From: Bifidobacterium longum subsp. longum JCM 1217
GTDB lineage: Bacteria > Actinomycetota > Actinomycetes > Actinomycetales > Bifidobacteriaceae
NCBI RefSeq assembly: GCF_000196555.1
Contig: NC_015067.1
Span: 750,001-782,000, forward strand
DNA: 32,000 nucleotides
Reading direction: 5' to 3'
Numbering within the stretch: position 1 is the first letter of the stretch; each line of letters opens with the position of its first letter. Both the position numbers and the translations under genes were made by a program. Below, one piece after another: positions 19,026 to 26,536 of this stretch. The notes under the pieces were generated by a model. The model searched no databases and was not told the origin of the DNA. It worked only from the letters and a program-made list of their open reading frames with translations.

Positions 19026-19304
19026 TCAGATTTGCATCTGCATGGCCTGAGAACGGCGGGCGCGCATGGCGCGGCGCTTCAGCGCACGACGCTCATCTTC
19101 GCTCAAGCCGCCCCACACGCCGTAATCCTGATTGGTGTCCAGTGCGCACTTCAGGCATGCGTCAATCACTTTGCAGGTGCGGCACACGGCCTTGGCCTCC
19201 TCAATCTGCTGATAGGCTGCACCGGTGTTGCCCACCGGGAAGAAGAGTTCCGGATCCTTGTCACGACATGCGGCCTTGGCTCGCCAATCAAAAGCGCTGC
19301 TCAT
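19026..19304 (-). CDS. whiB1: WhiB family redox-sensing transcription factor (WhiB1-like)
   Basis: DWRAKAACRDKDPELFFPVGN...AKAVCRTCKVIDACLKCAL...GVWGGLSEDERRALKRR. It has four Cys and the GVWGG turn, and resembles mycobacterial WhiB1. AAGGGAGG RBS. Confidence 0.92.
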   Translation of the reverse strand: MSSAFDWRAKAACRDKDPELFFPVGNTGAAYQQIEEAKAVCRTCKVIDACLKCALDTNQDYGVWGGLSEDERRALKRRAMRARRSQAMQMQI

Positions 19305-19358
19305 TGCTTGCCTCCCTTAAAAGCCCCGTGGCTGGTGTTGTTCCTTAAGTCCAGTACC

Positions 19359-19388
19359 AAGGTAACCACGAACCGTGGTGATTTTCAA
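19359..19388 (-). promoter_or_regulatory. Candidate whiB1 promoter with an inverted repeat in the spacer
   Basis: On the minus strand: TTGAAA (19388-19383), an 18-nt spacer containing ACCACG-gtt-CGTGGT (19365-19379), then TACCTT (19364-19359, TAnnnT type). Confidence 0.3.
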
Positions 19389-19417
19389 GAGGTTTTGCCG
19401 AGAAAAAACCGAAGTTT

Positions 19418-21244
19418 TCACGAAGCGCACTGCACCAGACATGCCGATGTGCCCTCGATGAGCACGGCCCGGCCCGCGTTGTCGGCATCGATATGACTCA
19501 TCATATCCAATAGGCGAGCGGGGACTCCGGCCATAAGATCGGACGTTCTCTCCCCGCACGGGAACACGATTCTGGTATTGCAATGCTCCGGTATACGTAT
19601 CGGGCGAATCGTGCTGACGGCGAATACCACGCTGACGGACTCATCGGCCAACGCATGTGTGAAAGACAGCGCCTGCTCGTCGGTGCGGAATGGGTCGAAC
19701 AACTCATCGGCGTCGTCGACGAACCACACGATATGCGGAGGCGGTGGTGCATCCGAGCTGGCATACGGCGTGCAGCGGCCGCCATGAAGCCATTGCGAGC
19801 TCCATACCCGACGATGCGGGGAACTGACACGTACCGCCAAGCCATCAGCCATGCTGGCGTGTCGAGCCAATGTTTTCAGCAACGTGGTTTTGCCGCGCCC
19901 CTGCGGGCCGATGACACCGATATTGCCACCGGTGAGGGATACCGTCGCCTCTCGCAGGTTGATGCCATCGTCGGCAAGTCCAAATCGAATGCGTTGCGGT
20001 GCGTGGTCGGCCACAGTCCGGTCTTTTACGTGCCGGGGGAGTGGCGCGGTAAACAGGGACGGTTGCGGCGGGCTTCCGACGAACCGCGATGCGAACGCGA
20101 TCTGGCGGCACACCGCATCGATATCGCGTGCCGTTGCACAGCGGAATGCCGTCACCTGTTCGGAATCGTTGCAGAACGCCGCACCGGGCATTGCCGGACT
20201 GAGGTCGGCGGCACGACCATCGCCAAGCAGCTCGCATGATTGCAGACGGTCCCGAACCCGTAAACAAATGCTGACGGACATATTCGCCTTCATATCGGCA
20301 CTGACCTGACCCATGGGATTCTGCGTACAGGCGATCAGATACATGCCCAGTGACCTGCCGAGCGAGGCAATACGCACCAGACGATTCACATAATCCGGGA
20401 GCTGGTCCTTCAGGGCATGGAATTCGTCAATGACCACGATCAGGCGCGGTGGTGGATTGACCATATCGCGGATATCGGAAGCATGGACAGCGGCGGACAG
20501 CTGTTCACGGCGTGTCAGTTCGGCTTCCAGCGCACGCAACGCGCGTACGGCATGCGCCAGATCCAGATCGCATACGCTGCCCACGGTATGCGGCAACCGT
20601 TCGAGTTTGCGGAACGCGGAACCGCCTTTGAAATCCAAGAACACGAAATTCAGATGCTCAGGCCCGTTCATCGAGGCGAGCGCCAGACACCAGCTTTGCA
20701 GCAACACGGATTTTCCGGAACCAGTGGTGCCGGCCACCAGAGCATGCGGCCCCTGACGGTTCAGATCGAGCATCAGCGGCTCGCTTCCGGTCATGCCGAT
20801 CGGCACCGCAAGGTCAAGGGGTTCAAGCCAGCGGCCCACAATGGCGCGCCATGGCAGGCGTGCGAAGTGCAGCAGCGATTCTATCGGCTGCGACGGCGCA
20901 TGACGGAGGTCTGCGGCGCGGTCATCGGCGTCGCCCGTGATACCGACATCGATCGTTGCCTGTTGCGGATCGGGAGCCTTCTCCGGGCCTGGAGGCGAGG
21001 GGAGCGTCAGCAGCAGGGACACGAGACAGGCGAATATGCCCGGTGCGATCATGGCGGCGAACAGCCATTGCCCGTGCAACAGCAGTATGACCATCATCAA
21101 TGCCTGCGCGATCATCGGGCATGCCGCGGCAAACATGGTCAGGCGGGCGCGCAATGGCGGCGCGCCCAAACGGTGCTTCGCCCGGGATACGGCGGATGCC
21201 GTATGGACGGAATGTCGCTTCGAATCGTTCTGCTGTGATGTCAT
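19418..21244 (-). CDS. FtsK/SpoIIIE-family membrane ATPase with two P-loop domains (EccC/EssC-like, short form)
   Basis: Two N-terminal TM helices. Domain 1 has Walker A VAGTTGSGKS, DFKGG and Walker B LIVVIDEFHAL, with the GRSLGMYLIACTQNP segment typical of FtsK/EccC. Domain 2 has GPQGRGKTT and VWFVDDADE. ATG 21244 is preferred; the track start at 21280 is a TTG without an RBS. Confidence 0.85.
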   Translation of the reverse strand: MTSQQNDSKRHSVHTASAVSRAKHRLGAPPLRARLTMFAAACPMIAQALMMVILLLHGQWLFAAMIAPGIFACLVSLLLTLPSPPGPEKAPDPQQATIDVGITGDADDRAADLRHAPSQPIESLLHFARLPWRAIVGRWLEPLDLAVPIGMTGSEPLMLDLNRQGPHALVAGTTGSGKSVLLQSWCLALASMNGPEHLNFVFLDFKGGSAFRKLERLPHTVGSVCDLDLAHAVRALRALEAELTRREQLSAAVHASDIRDMVNPPPRLIVVIDEFHALKDQLPDYVNRLVRIASLGRSLGMYLIACTQNPMGQVSADMKANMSVSICLRVRDRLQSCELLGDGRAADLSPAMPGAAFCNDSEQVTAFRCATARDIDAVCRQIAFASRFVGSPPQPSLFTAPLPRHVKDRTVADHAPQRIRFGLADDGINLREATVSLTGGNIGVIGPQGRGKTTLLKTLARHASMADGLAVRVSSPHRRVWSSQWLHGGRCTPYASSDAPPPPHIVWFVDDADELFDPFRTDEQALSFTHALADESVSVVFAVSTIRPIRIPEHCNTRIVFPCGERTSDLMAGVPARLLDMMSHIDADNAGRAVLIEGTSACLVQCAS

Positions 21245-21413
21245 GCTTCCAGCGTGGGGGAACGCATGCCGAAAGCGCAAGCCGAATCAAGGTATGTGGT
21301 TCTAGCTTGCCGAGTTATCCACATGACATTTTGCCCGTGCATGATTGGCGGTGTAGGCAACGGTGACGATCATGCGCCGATGATGAAGCCGATGGGCTCC
21401 GGGAAAGCGTCGG

Positions 21414-22847
21414 TCAGCCTTCCGCCAGATTGCCCACGGTGCCGGCCTTATACGTGCCGTCGGCAAGTTGATTGAACAGTTCGGTGTTCTTGGCGTCGTC
21501 AAGCAGCACCGAGGAACCAACGCCATCAACGTAATAATCGGGGTCGGACCAGTACACGCTGCCGGAGATGCCATTCGAGCCGGTGGCGCTTTTGAACGCC
21601 AACGCCATGGTGAGCAACGTGTAAGGGTTGGTCTTCTCGTCCACGGTGAGTGCGCTCATCGCGGCATTGGACACTGCCACGATTTTGGACGGATTGGTCA
21701 GGGTCTCACTGCTGGAAGCCTTCTTGACGATGGCCGAGATGACCTGTCGCTGGCGTTCGTTGCGTCCGAAGTCTCCTCGCGCGTCGGCATATCGCATACG
21801 AGAGAAGGACAATGCGGTGGAACCATCCGCCGTATGGCATCCCGCCTTCCAGTTCAGTCCGGAATAGGAATCCTGAACATCCTCGTCATAGCACAGTTCG
21901 ATACCGCCCAAGGCGTTCACCACGTTCTGCAGACCGCCGAACTTGATCTGTGCCACATGATCGATTTTCTGGCCGGTGATCTGCTCGACGTTGCTTACCA
22001 AAGCCTTCTTGCCCGCAATCAGCGCCACCGCATTGATTTTCATGTACTGGTTATCGACGTTCATGAGCGAATCGCGGGGAATGGAAACCAACGAACTCGG
22101 CCCGCTTTTGGGCTTGATCAGCACCAGAATCGTATCGGTCCTGAAGCCAGAGATATTGTCTACGCCGCCGTAATCGGTGGAACCGTCACGCTCATCGGAG
22201 CCAAGAATCAGCCAAGTCGAGGCCGGCGTGTTGGGGGTGTCGGTCAGCCAGTCGCTCCGATTCAGTTTGCTGTCCACCCATTGCCAGGCACCGAAAACGG
22301 AAAGAATCAACGCCGCCACCAGTACCGCGATTGCGCATAGGGTGATGCGTAAGGCTCGCGGACGGCGTGCCGTTACCGTTTTCGCCGTTGCCGCCGCCGG
22401 CCGGCCAAGATGGCTGAACTTCGTGGACACGTTTGCTGCTGGCGATGAGGGCCGGGAAACCGGCATATCCGACGGATTGCGCACGGCGTTGCGGGATGAG
22501 CCGGAAGACATCCGCGCTCGCGACGGCGGAATGCTGCGCGGTGCGGCGGCATCCGGAGCCGTGCTGCGAGTGGCGCGTCCGGTTTTCGGAGAAAAACTGG
22601 GCGGAGTCCGCCTGCCGTTGTCCGCGACGTTGGCGCTTGCCGTGGCGTTGGCGTTCAGTTGAGGCTCTTCGATGTCATTTCCCGTGACGGACGGACGGGC
22701 CGATGGAGCTTGACCTGACTGGCGCGAGGTTCGGGCGGGGGCGAAGGAGCGTGGCACCTGCCCGGAAGGCCGGGTGCGTCGATTTCCCGCAGGAATGAAG
22801 CTTGGCGGGTTGATATGCGGATCCGCCCCACCTGATTCCTGCGTCAT
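21414..22847 (-). CDS. LCP family (LytR-CpsA-Psr) cell-wall glycopolymer ligase
   Basis: Pro/Ser/Arg-rich cytoplasmic N-terminus, one TM (ITLCAIAVLVAALILSVFGAW), then the LCP core (LILGSDER...RTDTILVLI...SIPRDS...KINAV). ATG 22847 follows AGGAGG. The track start at 22883 is a GTG without an RBS. Confidence 0.9.
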   Translation of the reverse strand: MTQESGGADPHINPPSFIPAGNRRTRPSGQVPRSFAPARTSRQSGQAPSARPSVTGNDIEEPQLNANATASANVADNGRRTPPSFSPKTGRATRSTAPDAAAPRSIPPSRARMSSGSSRNAVRNPSDMPVSRPSSPAANVSTKFSHLGRPAAATAKTVTARRPRALRITLCAIAVLVAALILSVFGAWQWVDSKLNRSDWLTDTPNTPASTWLILGSDERDGSTDYGGVDNISGFRTDTILVLIKPKSGPSSLVSIPRDSLMNVDNQYMKINAVALIAGKKALVSNVEQITGQKIDHVAQIKFGGLQNVVNALGGIELCYDEDVQDSYSGLNWKAGCHTADGSTALSFSRMRYADARGDFGRNERQRQVISAIVKKASSSETLTNPSKIVAVSNAAMSALTVDEKTNPYTLLTMALAFKSATGSNGISGSVYWSDPDYYVDGVGSSVLLDDAKNTELFNQLADGTYKAGTVGNLAEG

Positions 22848-22902
22848 AACCCCTCCTGAAACTGTCGATTGTCTGAATGACACTTTGACACAGCATCCGC
22901 CG

Positions 22903-22937
22903 GGTGTTCCTGCGCTATGGTGTTCCTGCGCAGGAAC
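22903..22937. promoter_or_regulatory. Direct repeat plus perfect palindrome in the LCP/whiB2 divergent intergenic region
   Basis: GGTGTTCCTGCGC occurs at 22903-22915 and again at 22919-22931. The second copy extends into the perfect 16-bp palindrome GTTCCTGCGCAGGAAC (22922-22937). Confidence 0.45.
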
Positions 22938-23097
22938 GGCACAATATCATGTGCAACGGCGTCAGGGCATCGCGTTCACGCCATAGCACACAGTTCCATA
23001 AAAATGATGTAATGACACGAGAAAGAATTTGACAAAACCGAAATTGCATGTGTGTAATTTAGTCCGTATGAAAAGCTCAATAGGCAAGGAGAATCGC

Positions 23098-23397
23098 ATG
23101 TGGGGTGTGGTCGACGATTCAGCCGAAGAGCCATGGCACGAATTGTGGGGACTATTCCGACCTGATGGCGATGTATCTTGGCAGCACAAGGCGTTGTGCG
23201 CGCAAACCGATCCGGAGGCGTTCTTCCCGGAAAAGGGGGGCTCGACCCGTGATGCCAAACGTGTGTGCGCAAAATGCGAAGTGCGTGAGCAATGCCTGAA
23301 ATGGGCCATCGACCATGATGAGCGATTCGGTATTTGGGGTGGCATGAGCGAGCGCGAACGCCGTCGATATAAGCGAGAGCACCGGGAGCGGGCGTAG
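23098..23397 (+). CDS. whiB2: WhiB family transcription factor (WhiB2/WhmD-like)
   Basis: WQHKALCAQTDPEAFFPEKGGSTRDAKRVCAKCEVREQCLKWAIDHDERFGIWGGMSERERRRYKRE closely matches the WhiB2/WhmD signature. AAGGAG (23086-23091) precedes ATG 23098. The TTGACA at 23029 used by the track as a start looks more like a -35 box. Confidence 0.92.
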   Translation: MWGVVDDSAEEPWHELWGLFRPDGDVSWQHKALCAQTDPEAFFPEKGGSTRDAKRVCAKCEVREQCLKWAIDHDERFGIWGGMSERERRRYKREHRERA

Positions 23398-23440
23398 CTC
23401 CACACACCCCCTTCAAGTCTGGTGCGTACACTGGGAGTTT

Positions 23441-26400
23441 ATGAGTCCGACAGGTAATAGCGATATTCATGAGGCGTTGGCCGACGCCATGTCTTCTCGA
23501 CCATATACGCATAGGCAGGATGTGGATACCGGCATTACGGCTGTGATCACCGTTGAGGAGGATATGCGTTTCCTCCGGTCTACATTGCGTTCGGTATTGA
23601 CGCAGAATGTTCTTCCGGGGGTCGTCATCATCGCCGACGCGACCGGGCGCACCAGTTCGAGGATAACCACCTCGTTCGAGGTCATCCCCTCGCCATCGGG
23701 GCCGGTGATGGAGGTGCCGCAGTCCAAGCATGTGACCATTCACATCGTCTCGGCCAAGGGCGCACGCTCCTTCGGCGATGCGGTCAGCCGGGCATTGGAT
23801 CGTGCCGATCTGGATGACGCTCCCCGCGCATTGTGGCTGCTCCATGATGATTCCCGCCCTTCGGATGACTCATGCCTTGAACGATTGCTTGAGGCGTGGC
23901 GCAATACGCCGGGCGCCAGTGTGCTCGGGTGCAAACAGTGCGATTGGGAAGGCTCCCATCTGCATGATGTCGGTATGTATGCGGGTCACCACGCCGTGCA
24001 TTCCCTGGTGGTCGATGGAGAACCCGATCAGGAGCAGTATGACGGGCGGCAGGATGTGTTTGCGGTGTCGCTGGCAGGCGCGCTGGTGTCCATGTCGCAA
24101 TTCACGCGACTGCGGGGCATCAATGCCTGGCTGACCACCTACAGCGAATCGGTTGATTTCTGCCGCCGTGTCTGCCTGAGCGGCGGACGCGTGGTGGTTG
24201 TCCCGCAAGCGGAGATATCACATCGTCGCGCACGGTATGAGGGCATTCGTACGCGAGGCGGGGAACCGCTTAAGGACGATCACACGGTCAATCATGCGAT
24301 GACGGTGCATCGCTCCCAACAGCGGTATCTGTACACGGACCTGGCCATGTCGTCCTGGTTTATCGTCTGGCTGTGGAGGCTGCTCCGCAGTTTTGGCATG
24401 GCCATATCCATGATGTTCGGCAAGAAGCCGTATGAAGCATGGGTGCAATTGTGCCTGCCATGGCTGGCCTTGGCCGATATCGCGGGAAACATGAAATCAC
24501 GCAGTCTGGTGGCCAGACAATCGAAGGTCGCCGCATCGTCCCTGCATGTCTTGTTCGCAGACAGCCAGCAGATCAAGCAGTTCCATGATCGTCGGGATGC
24601 ATTCCAATCCCAGCAGGGCAGAGTGCTGCTCAGTCCGCTGGAACGTGCCCATCTGCGGACACGCACCATATATCGCTGGAGTGCGGCCGTGGTGATGGCG
24701 CTGGTGTGCTTTGCGGCCATCGCGGTGATGTATTGGCCGGTGTTCCGTTCGATATTCTCCGGCGGATCGTTGTATTCCGATGTGTTGCTTCCCACCGGTG
24801 CCAGCTTCACGCAACTGGTGCAGTCCGCCACCACGCCGTGGGTGTTTGGCAGCGGCACCGGCATTCCTGCGCCGCCCACGCCGTGGCTGCTGGTGCTGAT
24901 GCTGGCCTCGTTGGTCACGCTCGGCCATGTGACCGCCGCTTTGGCGATGATACTGTTTGTGGCCGCGCCGCTGAGCGCATTGTCGTTCTGGGCGCTGGCG
25001 GGCGTATTCACCCGCTCGGACGTGGTTCGTGTGCTGGGAGGACTGCTGTGGGCATCCACCGGCATTATGTTCGGCTGGTATGCGCAGGCCAATATGCCGA
25101 TGCTTACCGTAATGGTGTTCCTGCCGGCCGCGTTCGCATTCGTGTTCCGTGCCGTGGGCATGTACCATACCGAAGACCCGCTCAAGCCGCGCACATCCGT
25201 TCAGGCCGCGGCCATCGCCGCACTGTGCTTCATCCCTGTGGTGGCCGCTGAACCGCAGCTGCTGTTCGCGCTGATCGTCGTGTTCCTGATGTTCCTGCTA
25301 TTCGTGCGTCGCAAGCGCGCCATGCTGTTGCTAATTCCGGTTCCTGCCGCCTTTGCGGTGGCTCCTACGCTCGTCAATGCGGTGCGTTACGCCGATTTGG
25401 GCATGTGGCGTCAACTGTTCGGCGACATCACGGTGCCAACGTCATCCGCCAACGGGTCGCCGGCGTCGCTGAGTCTGCTTGAGGCCGCACAGCGTGCGCT
25501 GGGATGGCGAATGGGGTCGACTGATTATGCCGATTTGGCGGTCACTGTGCTGTTTGGCGTCATCACGCTGCTTGCTCTTGCTTCGCTGGTGCTGCCGTTC
25601 GCGTTGCGGACCTCGCGACTGATGTGGGTGGTAATCGTCTGCGGAGGCGCGCTCGCCCTGGTCTCCAGCCGTGTGGCCATAACCGTGGATGCCGATGGTG
25701 TCGTGGCCGGTTCCGCGCAGCCGGGCATCGCGATGATGATATTGGGCTTCCTCGCCTGCGTGTGTCTCGTCGCTGGTGGGGCGGTGAAGCGATTCCAACC
25801 GTTGCATGCGTCTGGCAGTGATCCCGCATCGAAAAAGGACCGTCTGCATGTGCTCATCGTGTCTGGCCGTGTGGTGCTTGCTCTGATACTGGTGTGCTGC
25901 ATTGGCATCCAATGCATGTATGGCATCGAACGTCATAAGGATGCGGGACTGGGCGTGTCTGAAAACGGCCTGCCCATGGTCACCACCGATTATCTGGAGG
26001 CCGGTGCCGATCATCGTGTGCTTGCCGTGAGCGCGGAGACCCGCAACATCGTCAACTATGCGGTGATGCGCACCTCGCGCGGCGATTTGATCGACAGCTC
26101 TCCGGTCCAGCGGGCGCGCCTGCTGTCCGGCAAGCATGATGCGGTTGACGAACAACTGGCCCAGGCCTGTGCCTCGCTGCTGTCCAATCCCGACGAAGAG
26201 GCCATCGCGGCCATCAGCGCGCTTGGATTCGGCGGCATCTACGTGGTTCCCGAGACCGGCGATTCCTTGAACGACATGCCGTATGAACAGTTGAGCGCGA
26301 ATATCGCCGCATCGAACGGCACCCAGTCCCTGGTCTCCACGGATAGCGGCAGCTACTATCGTCTGACGCTGCGTAGCAGCGCCTCACAGCAGGTGGATAC

Positions 26401-26536
26401 CTCATGGCAGCAACGTGCACAGCATAGTGTCTGGAGGCACGCCTGGCTGATATGCCTAGGTGTGATCACGGCGTTGTACTGCTTGGTCGCCATGCCTCGC
26501 AGACGACCGTCCTACGGATTGGAGGAGCAGGCATGA
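23441..26536 (+). CDS. Family 2 glycosyltransferase fused to a large polytopic membrane domain (1031 aa)
   Basis: The N-terminal ~280 aa are GT2-like (ITAVITVEED..., WLLHDDSRP acidic motif, FRR-like region). They are followed by ~12 or more hydrophobic TM-length segments and a soluble C-terminal region. GGGAG RBS. Confidence 0.85.
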   Translation: MSPTGNSDIHEALADAMSSRPYTHRQDVDTGITAVITVEEDMRFLRSTLRSVLTQNVLPGVVIIADATGRTSSRITTSFEVIPSPSGPVMEVPQSKHVTIHIVSAKGARSFGDAVSRALDRADLDDAPRALWLLHDDSRPSDDSCLERLLEAWRNTPGASVLGCKQCDWEGSHLHDVGMYAGHHAVHSLVVDGEPDQEQYDGRQDVFAVSLAGALVSMSQFTRLRGINAWLTTYSESVDFCRRVCLSGGRVVVVPQAEISHRRARYEGIRTRGGEPLKDDHTVNHAMTVHRSQQRYLYTDLAMSSWFIVWLWRLLRSFGMAISMMFGKKPYEAWVQLCLPWLALADIAGNMKSRSLVARQSKVAASSLHVLFADSQQIKQFHDRRDAFQSQQGRVLLSPLERAHLRTRTIYRWSAAVVMALVCFAAIAVMYWPVFRSIFSGGSLYSDVLLPTGASFTQLVQSATTPWVFGSGTGIPAPPTPWLLVLMLASLVTLGHVTAALAMILFVAAPLSALSFWALAGVFTRSDVVRVLGGLLWASTGIMFGWYAQANMPMLTVMVFLPAAFAFVFRAVGMYHTEDPLKPRTSVQAAAIAALCFIPVVAAEPQLLFALIVVFLMFLLFVRRKRAMLLLIPVPAAFAVAPTLVNAVRYADLGMWRQLFGDITVPTSSANGSPASLSLLEAAQRALGWRMGSTDYADLAVTVLFGVITLLALASLVLPFALRTSRLMWVVIVCGGALALVSSRVAITVDADGVVAGSAQPGIAMMILGFLACVCLVAGGAVKRFQPLHASGSDPASKKDRLHVLIVSGRVVLALILVCCIGIQCMYGIERHKDAGLGVSENGLPMVTTDYLEAGADHRVLAVSAETRNIVNYAVMRTSRGDLIDSSPVQRARLLSGKHDAVDEQLAQACASLLSNPDEEAIAAISALGFGGIYVVPETGDSLNDMPYEQLSANIAASNGTQSLVSTDSGSYYRLTLRSSASQQVDTSWQQRAQHSVWRHAWLICLGVITALYCLVAMPRRRPSYGLEEQA

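Noticed and set aside
23029-23097. TTG start giving a 122-aa WhiB2
   Set aside because: The TTG is part of a TTGACA hexamer in an AT-rich promoter-like stretch. A strong AAGGAG RBS precedes ATG 23098. The N-terminal 23 residues are not WhiB-like.
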